From Spirochaetia bacterium (lineage in GTDB: Bacteria > Spirochaetota > Spirochaetia > CADAEX01), in assembly GCA_963662265.2 (NCBI GenBank), contig CAXXHA010000008.1, positions 64,001 through 128,000 of the forward strand: a DNA stretch of 64,000 nucleotides, read 5' to 3'. The notes under the pieces were generated by a model that was not told the origin of the DNA, searched no databases, and saw nothing but the letters and a program-made list of their open reading frames with translations. The translations under genes were made by a program, and so were the position numbers. Positions 17,584 through 29,010 of this stretch are shown in pieces; position 1 is the first letter of the stretch; each line of letters begins with the position of its first letter.

Positions 17584-18210
17584 CTACTTCCAGATATCTG
17601 CTGCTGCCTTTATCATCATACAGCTTGATGCTGCTCCCGGATCAAGATGGCCTATGCTTCTTTCCCCGAGATAGCTTGCCCTTCCCTTTGTCGCTTTCAT
17701 CTCAATAGTTGAATTCATACCCGCTTCTGAAGCTTCCGCCCCTTTCAGAAGTATCTTTTCAACTGTTGCTTTTTCGGTTAACGCATTCTCCATGGCATCT
17801 ACAGAAGGAGACCATGTATCTATCATTGTTTTTTCACCTTCAGTTGCATGTCCCCTCATCTTGATTCCATCAAGGCCTGCCCGGAAAAGGGACACAAGTT
17901 CTTTTCCACCTATTTCATTCTCTGACGACAGGGATTTTGACATCTGAAGAAAACATGTACCAAGTAACGGACCTGATGCGCCTCCCACTGTTTTTATGAG
18001 TATCATTGCTTCTGCCTTGAGAAGATCCCTGATGGAGCTGTAATCCTTTGCCTCAATATCTTTTTTTACTGCAGAAAACCCCCTGTCAAGGTTAATGCCA
18101 TGATCGGCATCACCTATTGCAGAATCAAGATCAGTAAGGTATTCCTTTTTTTCACTGTATATTTCAGATAACTTAATTAACCAGGCTTTGACATCGCTGT
18201 ATGTAACCAT
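17584..18210 (-). CDS. dhaL: Dihydroxyacetone kinase ADP-binding subunit
   Basis: LDSAIGDADHG, GGASGPL, GRASYLGERSIGHLDPGA. Confidence 0.96.
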   Translation of the reverse strand: MVTYSDVKAWLIKLSEIYSEKKEYLTDLDSAIGDADHGINLDRGFSAVKKDIEAKDYSSIRDLLKAEAMILIKTVGGASGPLLGTCFLQMSKSLSSENEIGGKELVSLFRAGLDGIKMRGHATEGEKTMIDTWSPSVDAMENALTEKATVEKILLKGAEASEAGMNSTIEMKATKGRASYLGERSIGHLDPGAASSCMMIKAAADIWK

Positions 18211-18213
18211 TTT

Positions 18214-19215
18214 CTACATCCCCCACCTGAGAGCAGCTGTATGAACAGGATCATCAAAAAGTCTGATTATTTCATCATCAGCTTTCAGGAGGGAAAATGA
18301 ACAACCCTGCATGTCCAGAGATGTTATATAGTTTCCAACAAGGTTTCTCGATACTTTTATTCCCTTTTTTCCGAGTATTTTAAGTGCTTCATTATAAACA
18401 AGGTAAAGTTCAATAAGCGGAGTACCGCCCATCCCGTTTACCATCAGAATTGTGCTGTCTCCGGATTTGAAAGGAAGGTCTCCTGTTATTGTTTCAAGCA
18501 TCATCGCTGCTATTTCAGATGCTTCTTTTAGTTCCATCCTTTTCACACCCGGTTCTCCGTGGATTCCTATACCTATCTCCATTTCTTTTTCAGGAAGATC
18601 GAAAGTCGGCTTTCCTGCTGCCGGGACTGTACATGATGTAAGTGCCATCCCCATTGAGCGGCCGTAACTGTTTATTTTTCTGCAGAGTTCAGCTGTTTCA
18701 GGCAGGCTGTATCCTCTTTCAGATGCGGCCCCGCATATTTTTTCTGCAAAGACTGTTGTTCCGACACCTCTGCGGCCTTGAGTATATAGACTGTTTTCAA
18801 CAGCCACATCATCATCAATAACTACGGATTCTGTTTCTATTCCGTTATCTGAAGCAAGATCAGCCGCCATTTCGAAATTCATGACATCACCTGAGTAGTT
18901 CTTCACTATAAAAAGTACACCGGATCCTCCGTTAACCGCATTTGCTGCTGCTTCCATCTGGTCAGGAGTGGGTGATGTAAAAACATCCCCGGGGCATGCC
19001 GCATGAAGCATCCCTTTTCCGACAAATCCGCCGTGAAGAGGTTCATGTCCGCTTCCTCCCCCCGATATAAGTGCAACTTTTCCTTTAACAGGCCCATCCG
19101 CCCTGATTATCATATCAGGATTATGCTGTACTTTGATGATATCAGAATGCGCAAGCTGCATACCGTCAAGAGATTCGGAAATTACATTTTCAACACTGTT
19201 TATAAGTTTCTTCAT
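18214..19215 (-). CDS. dhaK: Dihydroxyacetone kinase substrate-binding subunit
   Basis: [26 protein letters not shown]. Confidence 0.97.
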   Translation of the reverse strand: MKKLINSVENVISESLDGMQLAHSDIIKVQHNPDMIIRADGPVKGKVALISGGGSGHEPLHGGFVGKGMLHAACPGDVFTSPTPDQMEAAANAVNGGSGVLFIVKNYSGDVMNFEMAADLASDNGIETESVVIDDDVAVENSLYTQGRRGVGTTVFAEKICGAASERGYSLPETAELCRKINSYGRSMGMALTSCTVPAAGKPTFDLPEKEMEIGIGIHGEPGVKRMELKEASEIAAMMLETITGDLPFKSGDSTILMVNGMGGTPLIELYLVYNEALKILGKKGIKVSRNLVGNYITSLDMQGCSFSLLKADDEIIRLFDDPVHTAALRWGM

Positions 19216-19294
19216 GTTCCCCTTCCTGTCAGTTTTTAATTTAATCCATTTTCATCTGACGTCATTATTCAGGTCATACAAGGATCTAATCTAT

Positions 19295-19324
19295 ATCATA
19301 ACTCTCAGTTACACGATCTGTCAA
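19295..19324 (-). promoter_or_regulatory. Sigma70-like promoter of dhaKLM with a palindrome in the spacer
   Basis: Minus strand TTGACA-18-TATGAT; TAACT-GAG-AGTTA palindrome overlapping the spacer and -10. Confidence 0.55.
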
Positions 19325-19565
19325 ACTTACATTGCCTGAAATAACTGACACTGGTTCATTATTATTATTTATTACAGGGGTTGTTTTTATTTAATTTGCT
19401 TTTGAAGGAATATATTTTGAATAATAATTTCCTTTTTATCATATAAGATATCAGAGTAAATATTGTTTTCAGAAATTTATAAACCAGTCAGCCTGAATTG
19501 CGGAATAAAACTAATTCACACTTCAGCCTTTCAGCATGCTGCTGCTTTTCTGATTTTTAATCATA

Positions 19566-20315
19566 TTATCCGGCATTAAGAGATTCCATAAAGTTTTTTA
19601 CGCTTTCATAAACAGAACAGTCACCGGGGTTGTTGATCCGTTCCACTATTGCAGATCCTACAATCGCGCAGTCAGCATGTTTTTCAAGCATTTTTATCTG
19701 TTCTTTCCCCCGGATCCCGAATCCCGCAAGAATATTGAGGTCTTTTTTCCCTTTATTCCTTATAGTCTCAAGATACTGCCGGTTTGAACTGTCAATCACA
19801 GTCTCTTTTCCTGTTATCCCCTTTCTCATGGCGGCATAGATATAATCAGTCCTGTATGAAAGTATCTTTTCAAGCCTTTCCTCTTTTATTCCCGGTACGA
19901 CAACAGGCACTACAGAAAGGGCTGCTTTATCAGCTTCACTCAAGAGCCCCTCATCGCTGTCAAAAGGGAGGTCAGGAATTATGAATCCTGCAGCTCCTGA
20001 TTTTTTCCCCTTTTCAACGAATTCCCTTATTCCTGATTTATAGGCTATGTTTGCATATGTCATAATAAAGACAGGTATATCACTTGTTTCCTTTATTCTT
20101 TCAATAAGTCTGAATCCCTCTTCAACAGTAAAACCTGCTTCAATAGCATCGTATGATGCTTTTTCAATCACAGGGCCGTCTGCAGATGGATCTGAAAAGG
20201 GGAACTGTATTTCAAGATAGGATGCGCCGCCTGCAATAAGCGCTTCTGCCACTTTAAAAGATGTTTCATTGTCGGGAAAACCTGCTATCATGTGTGTCAT
20301 TATTTTAATACTCAT
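19566..20315 (-). CDS. trpA: Tryptophan synthase alpha
   Basis: LEIQFPFSDPSADGPVI, IIPDLP, GFGI, AIVGSA. Confidence 0.95.
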   Translation of the reverse strand: MSIKIMTHMIAGFPDNETSFKVAEALIAGGASYLEIQFPFSDPSADGPVIEKASYDAIEAGFTVEEGFRLIERIKETSDIPVFIMTYANIAYKSGIREFVEKGKKSGAAGFIIPDLPFDSDEGLLSEADKAALSVVPVVVPGIKEERLEKILSYRTDYIYAAMRKGITGKETVIDSSNRQYLETIRNKGKKDLNILAGFGIRGKEQIKMLEKHADCAIVGSAIVERINNPGDCSVYESVKNFMESLNAG

Positions 20316-20444
20316 ATTTTCAAGTCCTTTAAATTAGTTATGCGAAAATAATACTGATTTATTCTTAACCTGTTATGTCCTGTTATGAAAATTTTATTCA
20401 TATTTCTTCCTCTCTCAACTTCACTTTCCAGGTATTCGATCCAG

Positions 20445-21621
20445 TTATTCTATCAGCTCCATGGCTGATATGAATATATCCTTATCTCCCCTTCCTGACA
20501 TGTTTACAATAACGGCCTCCCCCTTCTTATATTCACCAGCAACTTTCAGTGCAGTTGCAGCTGCATGTGAGGATTCGAGGGCAAAGAGAATTCCCTCGTT
20601 CCGGGCAAATATCTTCAGAGCTTCAAGTACTTCGGAATCCCGCTTTTCATGTATTCTATCCTGCCTGTTTTTCCCAGGTATGCAAGTTCAGGCCCTATCC
20701 CGGGGTAATCGAGGCCGGCCGAGATTGAATGGGACGGGAGTACCTGACCGTCATCATCAAGGAGGAAAAGGCTTTTATATCCCTGTACTATTCCCTCTTT
20801 CCCCTCGCCGCACATCCTGGCAGCATGGTTTCCCCTTCCTTTTCCCCTGCCTCCGGCCTCAACACCTATGAGCCGGGGAGAACCAGTCTTCAGGAAGGGA
20901 TAGAAGAATCCTATCGAGTTGGATCCCCCACCGACACATGCAATCATTGCCTTTATATCAAGGTTTTTCCTTTCAGCCTGCTTCTTTACCTCTTTGCCGA
21001 TTACAGACTGGAATTCCCTGACCATGTCTGGATAGGGGGACGGTCCGAGCGCTGAACCCAGGAGGTAATATGTATCATCTGTGTTCCATGCCCAGTCACG
21101 GAGCGCCTCGTTAACTGCATCCTTGAGTGTCCTTGTCCCGCTCTTTACAGGAACAACTTTTGCCCCGTAGAGTTCCATGTAGTATACATTCGGCCTCTGC
21201 CGTGCAATATCGACTTCACCCATATATACAGTGCATTCAAGCCCGAGCCGTGCGCATATTGAGGCTGTTGCAACTCCATGCTGCCCAGCCCCGGTTTCCG
21301 CAATAATCCTTTTCTTTCCCATTCTCTTTGCAAGAAGCCCCTGTCCGAGTGCGTATTGATCTTGTGTGCGCCTGTATTTGCAAGACCTTCAAGCTTGATA
21401 TATATATCTCCCCCGCCGATCTTCTCGGAAAGATTTTCAGCATACAAGAGGGGTGTTTCCCTGCCGATAAAATCCCTTGAAAGAGATTCAAGTTCCCCGA
21501 TAAAGACAGGGTCGCTTATTGCATCAATGTATGCCTCTTCCAGGCTGTCGAGAGGCCCCCTCAGGATTTCTGCAACATACCTGCCGCCGTAGGAACCGAA
21601 AAAATTATTATATTTATCCAT
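20445..21621 (-). pseudogene. trpB: Tryptophan synthase beta, split by frameshifts (about 21354 and 20645, possibly a third near 20450)
   Basis: FGSYGGRYV...GAHKIN / [10 protein letters not shown]...[12 protein letters not shown] / ALESSHA...SGRGDKD lie in three successive segments that need frameshifts to join; probably assembly errors. Confidence 0.85.
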
Positions 21622-21691
21622 CTCTTACTCCGAATGTTTCGTATAAACAGTATTATCTTACTGCCTGTGAATAATTTTTATTATTCTGCAG

Positions 21692-21905
21692 CTATTCAGC
21701 TGTAATTATCCATTAAATAAACAGTGGAAAATATTCGTTGATTCAATCATTTGAAATCGTTTTTGAATATTCATCTGTTATATGTTCCGTTTCTATTCAG
21801 CTGTAATTATCCTAAAAATAAACAGCTGAAAATATTCGTTGATTCAATCATTTGAAATCATTTATAAATATTCATCTGTTATTTATTCCGTTTCTATTCA
21901 ACTGA
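21692..21905. repeat. 101-bp tandem duplication (about 2.1 copies) between trpCF and trpB
   Basis: ctattca recurs at 21692, 21793 and 21894 with colinear sequence between. Confidence 0.85.
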
Positions 21906-22162
21906 AACTGTTTCTTTATGCTCCTCTCATAAAATAATTTTTATGAGTTTTTTCACCGCATGCCGGATCAAGAAACTTTATTCCTGCCTGCAAGGCACCT
22001 TTACAAGTTTTCCATATCCCGGGCGGGTAAGCCTGCAGAAAAAACTATATTCTGGTATACGACACGTTATTACTTTACAAAAATCCATAATCTTAATCAG
22101 AACAAAATGATGCAACACCAAAACATGATCTCTCAGCAAATCACATGTTTCAGAATTCAAAC

Positions 22163-23614
22163 TCACAGATTCCCTTTCACAGTCCTTATGAAAAGTTTCA
22201 TCTTTCCGTGATCCTTAACACCGGGGGATGATTCAAGGCTGCTTGAAGCATCAATCAGTTCAGGTGAATATTTATCAATAATATCACCGGCATTTTCACA
22301 GGATATTCCCCCTGCAAGCCACAGCCTGTTTCCGGCTTTTTTCCTTACATCATCAAGAATACTCCCGGGGATTGTTCTTCCCGTCCCCCCGTAACTGCCG
22401 GCAGAAAAGCTGTCTGTGAGGATTCTAACGCTTCTGTATCTTGAAGCGTTATCATATTCATCAGCATTGCTGATTCTGATTGCCTTGTAAAAAGGGATAT
22501 CAAGGTTGTTGCAGAAATCAGCTGGTTCATCCCCTGAAAACTGTAAAGCATCAACAAGCCCTTTTTCATAGTATTTTCTTAAAGTTTCCATCATTGAATC
22601 ATCAGGGTTTACAACAACTGCAACTTTTGGAATATCAATCTCTGATATTTCATAAGGAAGAGTGATATCAGCTTTTCTCACTGAAGGGGCAAATACCATC
22701 CCTATCATGTCAGCTCCTGCTGATAATGCGGCCTCTGAGTCTTTTCTGCTTGTTATCCCGCATATCTTGACAAGAGGTCTGGCTTCTCCACTTTCACAAT
22801 TTCTGTGTTTGAATATTCTGTTCCAGAAACAGCGTTCCCTGTCCCTGGTTCTTTTTCCGATACAGTAAAATGCGTCAGTGTAGACAGAAACAAGAGATGG
22901 ATCCTTTATAACTGATTCCCCTGTCAGCATGCCGCTGAATCCTGATGAGAAAGCAAAGAAAGCATCAGACCTGCTTCCTATACCCGATTCATAGACAACT
23001 TCAGCGCCCCAGTCAATCTTATCCTTCAGAATGAGGGGGGAGATCATATCAACAGAAAAATCCTTCAGGTTCCGGGAATTTATCCCGACAAGTTCCGGTT
23101 TGAAACTTCTCACCTTAGATAGATCTTCCTCATCATGGATTTCGACAAGAGGCCTCATCCCCCTCTCAAGAGTAAGGTTATGCATTTTCTCGAGAACTTC
23201 TTTTTCTAGTGCAGATGCAATCAGCAGAAGCGCATCCGCCCCTGAGTTATATGATACTTCTATGTCATTTTCAGAGATGAGAAAATCCTTTCTCAGGACT
23301 GAAATATCAGGATATTTCCTTTTGATTTCATAGAGATAAGAGAGAGAGCCTTCAAAATAATTTTTTTCTGTGATGACGGAAATATTTTTTATCCCCTGCC
23401 TTATATATGATTCTGCAGCCTCAATATGGTTGAAGCTGTCAGTGAAAATTCCTTTCGACGGAGATCTCTTTTTCACTTCAGCTATTACAAAAGGGTCTCT
23501 TCCGAAAGGGATAACCGGGACTTCCCTCTTTTCAGGGGGAATGAAATTTCCTGTATCTGTTCCGGAGGCAATTTCTCCCTTACGCCTTTCAATTATCTCA
23601 TCAATTATTGTCAT
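22163..23614 (-). CDS. trpCF: Fused indole-3-glycerol-phosphate synthase / PRA isomerase
   Basis: IAEVKKRSPSKG, LRKDF, GINSRNL; VKICGIT, GGTG, LAGG, ESSPGVKD. Confidence 0.94.
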   Translation of the reverse strand: MTIIDEIIERRKGEIASGTDTGNFIPPEKREVPVIPFGRDPFVIAEVKKRSPSKGIFTDSFNHIEAAESYIRQGIKNISVITEKNYFEGSLSYLYEIKRKYPDISVLRKDFLISENDIEVSYNSGADALLLIASALEKEVLEKMHNLTLERGMRPLVEIHDEEDLSKVRSFKPELVGINSRNLKDFSVDMISPLILKDKIDWGAEVVYESGIGSRSDAFFAFSSGFSGMLTGESVIKDPSLVSVYTDAFYCIGKRTRDRERCFWNRIFKHRNCESGEARPLVKICGITSRKDSEAALSAGADMIGMVFAPSVRKADITLPYEISEIDIPKVAVVVNPDDSMMETLRKYYEKGLVDALQFSGDEPADFCNNLDIPFYKAIRISNADEYDNASRYRSVRILTDSFSAGSYGGTGRTIPGSILDDVRKKAGNRLWLAGGISCENAGDIIDKYSPELIDASSSLESSPGVKDHGKMKLFIRTVKGNL

Positions 23615-23688
23615 GAAAATATCCCTGTTAATTTAAGATCAGTTTTATAAAACAGATCTCTTAATATTCCGTTGTTTAAATATATAAT

Positions 23689-23885
23689 GTCTTTCACATT
23701 AAGCTCCTGAATCTACTGATCTTTTCAAGGACTTTTCCGCCGCCTGAATATATTAAATCTTTCACGCAAAGCTCCCTGGTTTCCAGACTTTTTCAAGAAC
23801 CTTTTACCGGTGCATAAATATATTTTGTCTTTCACATTGAGCTCCTGAGGCTCTGTACCTTTTCAAGTACTTTTCCGCTGCTTAA
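23689..23885. repeat. Three degenerate copies (about 69 bp) of the trpD 3' end
   Basis: ctttcac...agctcc...ttttcaag.ac.ttt.ccg at 23691, 23759 and 23829; the last copy is the trpD stop region. Confidence 0.7.
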
Positions 23886-25418
23886 GGTATCAGATGAAAT
23901 CCGGTACCCCTCTTCTATGCTACCTGCAAGTCCGTAAAGGTAAAGCGCGGCACCTGCATTAAGGCATACTGAAGTCCTGACTGCCTCGTTTCCTTCCCCT
24001 TTCAGAAGCCTTTCGGCCTCTCTTGCATTGTCAGCAGCGCTCCCCCCTTTCAGCATTTCAACAGGGTATGTTTTTATCCCGCATTTTTCAGGTTCAAATA
24101 CATATACATCCTCTTCGCCGTCCTCAAATATTTTAACTACTCTTGTGGGTGCTGAGACTGATATTTCATCAAGCCCGTCAAATCCGTGAACAACTACCAC
24201 TCTCTTAACGCCAAGCATTTTAGCAGCCTGCGCAATTGTCCTGCACAGCGACCTGTCATAGACACCTATAAGCTGATAGTCTGCTGATGCCGGGTTAACA
24301 AGTGGTCCGAGAAGGTTGAAAATACTCTTTACCCCTAACTTGTTTCTCACCGGTGCTGCATGCTTCATCGCGCTGTGATAATAGGGGGCGAAAAGAAAGG
24401 AAAAACCGCATTTTTCTATCAGATCTTCAGCTGTTTCAGGCTTTATATCAACAGGAAGTCCCAGGGCCCTGTAAAAGTCCGCGCTTCCTGAAAGAGAACT
24501 GACTGCCCTGTTGCCGTGTTTTGCAACCTTTGCACCTGCGGACGCAGCTATGAGTGCCGAAAAGGAGGATATATTGAATGACCCGAGTTCATCACCGCCT
24601 GTACCGACTATATCAAGTATTTTTCCCGAGGATTTGATATTGACTTTCTTCTTCATTAAAACTGATGCGCATCCTGCAATCTCATCTGCGGATGCACCCT
24701 TGGTATTCATTGCAGTCAGAAATCCTGAAATTACAACCTCATTCAGATTGCCTTCTGTAAGCTCCTCCATGAAATCGGCAGCTTCTTCAAAGGTGAGGCT
24801 CTTGTGTTTCATTATAGACTTGAGGATTTCCTTCGGTTTCAGAGACTCTCTCTTGTAATTGAGGAAATTTTTAAGAAGATGATGTCCTGCCTCTGATGCG
24901 ACAGATTCAGGATGGAACTGTACCCCCTCTATCATGTATTTCCTGTGCCTGAGCCCCATAATCTCACCCTCAGATGAAAATGCTGTTATTTCAAGTTCTT
25001 CGGGAAGGGATTCCTTTTCAACAATAAGTGAATGGTACCTTACAACTTCCATTCTGGGGGGAAGGTTTCTGAATACCCCTTTCCCGTCATTTTCAATAAT
25101 ATCAGTCTTGCCGTGGTAGATTTTATCTCCTCTGATAATTTTTCCGCCGAATGCCTGCCCTATGGCCTGGTGTCCGAGGCATATACCAAGGATGGGGTAA
25201 ACACCCTTGTATTTCTGTATGCATTCCACAATTATACCGTTCTCATCAGGTCTTCCCGGGCCGGGTGAAATAATAATACCTTCAGGATTCATTTCCCTGA
25301 TCTCGGAAAGGCTTATCTCGTCATTTCTCTTTACTGTTATTTCTCCCGGTTTGAGTTCAGTCAGGTACTGATAAACGTTATATGTAAAAGAATCATAGTT
25401 GTCTATTAGAAGATACAT
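23832..25418 (-). CDS. trpGD: Fused anthranilate synthase component II / anthranilate phosphoribosyltransferase
   Basis: LIDNYDSFT, GICLGHQ, QFHPES; GTGGD, KHGNRAVSS. Start set at the ATG of MYLL. Confidence 0.95.
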   Translation of the reverse strand: MYLLIDNYDSFTYNVYQYLTELKPGEITVKRNDEISLSEIREMNPEGIIISPGPGRPDENGIIVECIQKYKGVYPILGICLGHQAIGQAFGGKIIRGDKIYHGKTDIIENDGKGVFRNLPPRMEVVRYHSLIVEKESLPEELEITAFSSEGEIMGLRHRKYMIEGVQFHPESVASEAGHHLLKNFLNYKRESLKPKEILKSIMKHKSLTFEEAADFMEELTEGNLNEVVISGFLTAMNTKGASADEIAGCASVLMKKKVNIKSSGKILDIVGTGGDELGSFNISSFSALIAASAGAKVAKHGNRAVSSLSGSADFYRALGLPVDIKPETAEDLIEKCGFSFLFAPYYHSAMKHAAPVRNKLGVKSIFNLLGPLVNPASADYQLIGVYDRSLCRTIAQAAKMLGVKRVVVVHGFDGLDEISVSAPTRVVKIFEDGEEDVYVFEPEKCGIKTYPVEMLKGGSAADNAREAERLLKGEGNEAVRTSVCLNAGAALYLYGLAGSIEEGYRISSDTLSSGKVLEKVQSLRSSM

Positions 25419-25419
25419 C

Positions 25420-26820
25420 TTAAACCTCCAGCCCTGCGATATGCGCAATTGATCTTAATTTATCCGCTGTTTCCCTGTATTCCTTATCAGGGACTGAATC
25501 ATAAACTATTCCCGCACCTGCCTGGAGGGTTAGAATATCACCTTTTTTCATTCCGCTTCTTATTGTTATGCATGTATTGAGGTTTCCGCCCGGTTCAAGA
25601 TAACCTATAACGCCTGCATAGAATCCCCTCTTTTCCTTTTCAAGCCTGTCAATTATGGAAATAGCCCTTATTTTGGGTGCTCCTGATACTGTACCAGCAG
25701 GAAAAGTGGATTTTAGAGCATCGAGGCAGTCTGTCCCATCATCAAGGCTTCCCTGCACCTCTGAAACTATGTGAATAACATTCCTGTACTTTTCAATTGA
25801 TCTTGAATCTGTAACTCTCACACTCCCTGCCCTGCAAACCCTTCCAAGGTCATTACGCGCAAGATCGACAAGCATCAGGTGCTCGGCAGATTCCTTTTCA
25901 TCGGCCAGGAGTTCCTTTTCGAGTCTGTCATCCTCAGCCTGGTTCTTTCCCCGTTTCCGGGTTCCTGCGATAGGTCTTACAAGAGCTTTACTGTTTTCAA
26001 CTTTCAGGTGAACCTCGGGAGATGATCCGAAAATCTGGAAATCACCGAAATCAAGGTAAACCATGTACGGGGATGGGCTTTCCATCCTGAGTTTCTTGTA
26101 TGCCTTGAACGGGGGAAGATCTGTCTTTATCATTATTTTTCTTGAAAGAACTACCTGAAGGAGGTTTCCTTCTGCAATTTCCCTCTTCCCCTCTTTTACC
26201 ATCTCTATAAACTCATCATACGGAGTCTCATAAACAACTTCAGATTCATAACCGTTTCTGTCCTGCACAAGGTAGTTGAAGTTAAGATCGTTGATTTTAT
26301 TTTCAATTCCTATCACTGCTTTTTCGAGGTCTGTTTCAGCTCCGTTGTAATTCACGCCGACAATATAGATCTGTTCTGTATAGTGGTCATATACAACAAA
26401 AGTATGCCCGAAAATAAACAGAGCCTCAGGAACACCTGTATCATCTTTATTCTCTGAAAAATATATCTTGTCGCAGCAGGATGCAAATTCAAATGAAAAA
26501 TACCCTATTCCCCCTGCAGGGAACGGAAATTCGAGCGCCCTGTGCTGTGATGCGACCGCATTGATCACATCTGTGAAGTTGTCATTAAACTCATCAATAT
26601 CAAAGTCTGCATTTTCCCCTTCCACATACACTTTTCCATTTTCCTGAATAATCCTGAATGCCTCATCAATCATCAGGAGAGAATGGCGGGCCTTCCCCAG
26701 GTTGTAGCTTGATGATTCAAGAACTACTTTTGCTCCCAGTTTCTCTGCCAGTGCGCATGGTGTAAAATTATCTCCAGGGATTATCCTGATGACAAGATCA
26801 TCCCTTTTTTCTGTAATCAT
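25420..26820 (-). CDS. trpE: Anthranilate synthase component I
   Basis: SPSPY, GSSPE, PIAGTR, AEHLMLVDLARND, PAGTVSGAPK. ATG 26820 has an AGGAG RBS; the track start TTG at 26892 is a TTGACA -35 box. Confidence 0.95.
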   Translation of the reverse strand: MITEKRDDLVIRIIPGDNFTPCALAEKLGAKVVLESSSYNLGKARHSLLMIDEAFRIIQENGKVYVEGENADFDIDEFNDNFTDVINAVASQHRALEFPFPAGGIGYFSFEFASCCDKIYFSENKDDTGVPEALFIFGHTFVVYDHYTEQIYIVGVNYNGAETDLEKAVIGIENKINDLNFNYLVQDRNGYESEVVYETPYDEFIEMVKEGKREIAEGNLLQVVLSRKIMIKTDLPPFKAYKKLRMESPSPYMVYLDFGDFQIFGSSPEVHLKVENSKALVRPIAGTRKRGKNQAEDDRLEKELLADEKESAEHLMLVDLARNDLGRVCRAGSVRVTDSRSIEKYRNVIHIVSEVQGSLDDGTDCLDALKSTFPAGTVSGAPKIRAISIIDRLEKEKRGFYAGVIGYLEPGGNLNTCITIRSGMKKGDILTLQAGAGIVYDSVPDKEYRETADKLRSIAHIAGLEV

Positions 26821-27076
26821 AATCTCTCCTGTTTCTATACACAGTATCGTTTCTTTAGGTAGAAACTTAACGCGGTACTTGATTTTTGTCAATATTTTTT
26901 CGGAAAATTATTTAAAACCTGACAAAAGAGTTAAAAAACTGATAATTTTATTACATCAAATGCTGTATTCTGATAGAATTCTGATAGGTTTCTGCTAACC
27001 AGGCAGTCTCTGTCTGCCTGTCAGCTTACTGATCAGGTATCAAATTCAAGTCTTAAGAACTGGTACAGGAGGGAAA

Positions 27077-28078
27077 ATGAACAAAATCACAATAAGAAAA
27101 CCTGATGACATGCATATACACCTGAGGCAGGGTGAAAATATGAAAAGCTATGCACAGGCTGCTGAATCTTATTATGCCAGAGCTCTTATAATGCCAAACA
27201 CTGTTCCCCCTGTAAATTCTGCCTCTTCTCTGATTTCATACAGAAATAAAGTCCAGGAAGCAGCTCCTTCTCTCATCCCCCTGATGGCTTTCAAGCTCTA
27301 CAGGGGGATGGGAAAAGAGGATGTTTACAAACTGAAGGAAGCAGGAGCTGTTGCAGGGAAGCTCTACCCTGCAGGAGCCACAACCAATTCAGAGGACGGA
27401 GTTCGAAACTGGAAAGAAATCAGAGATGCGCTTTCGGCCATGAGTGAAGCAGGAATAATGCTTTCTGTACACGGGGAAAAACCTGAATCTTTTTCACTCG
27501 ACAGGGAAAAGGATTATCTCTCAGAGCTTTATGAAATCATGAATAACTTCCCGGATCTTAAAATTGTGTTTGAACATGTATCATCAAGAGAGGGGGTTAA
27601 AGCTGTTCTTGAGGGGGGGGAGAACCTTTCGGCAACAGTCACACCACACCACCTCCTTTACACACTGGATGATCTCCTGGGGGGAATGCTTAATCCGCAT
27701 TTTTTCTGCAAGCCTGTGGTAAAAACCCCTTCAGACAGGGCTGCTGTTCAGGAGGCAGTATTATCAGGAAACAGTAAATTCTTCTTCGGTTCTGACAGCG
27801 CTCCCCATCCTGAAAATGCAAAATTCGGAAAATCAGGAAGCGCAGGTATTTATATAACACATGCATCTCTTCCGCTTCTTGCATCTTTTTTCGAAAAATC
27901 AGGCTGTATGGATATGCTTGAGAATTTCACTTCCCGGTTCGGAGCGGAATTCTACGGTCTTGAGCTTAACAGGGGAACAATAACGCTTGAGATGTCTCCC
28001 TGGAGTGTACCTGAAATTTCAGGGGGATCTGTACCTTTCATGGCAGGTGAAAATCTTGACTGGAAAATTATAAAATAA
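27077..28078 (+). CDS. pyrC: Dihydroorotase (type II)
   Basis: DDMHIHLR, MPN, KLYPAGATTNS, GSDSAPH. Confidence 0.95.
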   Translation: MNKITIRKPDDMHIHLRQGENMKSYAQAAESYYARALIMPNTVPPVNSASSLISYRNKVQEAAPSLIPLMAFKLYRGMGKEDVYKLKEAGAVAGKLYPAGATTNSEDGVRNWKEIRDALSAMSEAGIMLSVHGEKPESFSLDREKDYLSELYEIMNNFPDLKIVFEHVSSREGVKAVLEGGENLSATVTPHHLLYTLDDLLGGMLNPHFFCKPVVKTPSDRAAVQEAVLSGNSKFFFGSDSAPHPENAKFGKSGSAGIYITHASLPLLASFFEKSGCMDMLENFTSRFGAEFYGLELNRGTITLEMSPWSVPEISGGSVPFMAGENLDWKIIK

Positions 28079-28209
28079 CAGTGGTGAGTATTTTCAGAAA
28101 ATAAAGATTGAATGCCCGGAAATTCCTTAATTCTTATAATTGTTTGCAGTACTTAAACATAATCAGGCATCAGCATGGCATGAATTATCAGGAATATACG
28201 GAGAAAATA

Positions 28210-28719
28210 ATGAAAAAATATCTGGTTTTAATGATAATGATACGGACAGTATCCCTCCTCTATTCGGAAGAGACTGAACTTCTGAAAACAGAGGGGAAAA
28301 GCGATAAAAATGTGAGCCTTGATTCAATTGATAAGAAACTTGAAGGGAAAGCTAAACTGGGTCTTTCTCTGGGCACGGTAACAGGAATCACATTCGGTTT
28401 TCAGGCCACAAGAATTATGGAACTGAATGCAGTTGTCGATATTTTCGACCTGGGCGATTTCGCAGGGGGAATGAGCGTACTTTTTGCATTACTGGACCTT
28501 GAAGCAGGCGATGCAGTATTTCCGGTTACAGCAGGGCCGGCTGTAGTTTTTAAAGCAGGAAACAATGAAAAAACAGATATCCTCGGAATAATCAGAATTG
28601 AATATGATTTTACAGATATTCCCTTGAACCTTTACCTTGAGGGGGGGATTGGGCTTAAGATAATACCTGATATAAAGACTGCCGGAGAAGGTGCACTTGG
28701 AGTCAGGTATATATTCTGA
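28210..28719 (+). CDS. Small outer-membrane beta-barrel-like protein
   Basis: Signal-like N-terminus from ATG 28210, alternating beta pattern, C-terminal RYIF. Confidence 0.6.
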   Translation: MKKYLVLMIMIRTVSLLYSEETELLKTEGKSDKNVSLDSIDKKLEGKAKLGLSLGTVTGITFGFQATRIMELNAVVDIFDLGDFAGGMSVLFALLDLEAGDAVFPVTAGPAVVFKAGNNEKTDILGIIRIEYDFTDIPLNLYLEGGIGLKIIPDIKTAGEGALGVRYIF

Positions 28720-29010
28720 CTCCAGGAATTAAAAAACATAAATCTGCTTGAAATAAGAAGGATTATTTCTAAAAGCGGCAACATGACAGGTTGGGATCTC
28801 TACCTGCCTCTTTCAGTGTTGATAGAATACAGCTGAAAATTAAAGAAAAACACCCTGAAGATCTGCTCTGTAGGGTGTTAATCTAGAAATATCATCTGTC
28901 AGATTCTTTGCCAGACCGCTTATACTGCAAGTAATGACAGGGAATCTGAAGATAACAAATGCGGCCATCTGTCTGTCATGACTGGATGCAGCATTTTTTA
29001 TATATGTATT

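Noticed and set aside
26820-26900. trp attenuator or T-box leader upstream of trpE
   Set aside because: The promoter lies only about 45 nt before the ATG; there is no Trp-codon leader peptide, terminator or T-box motif.
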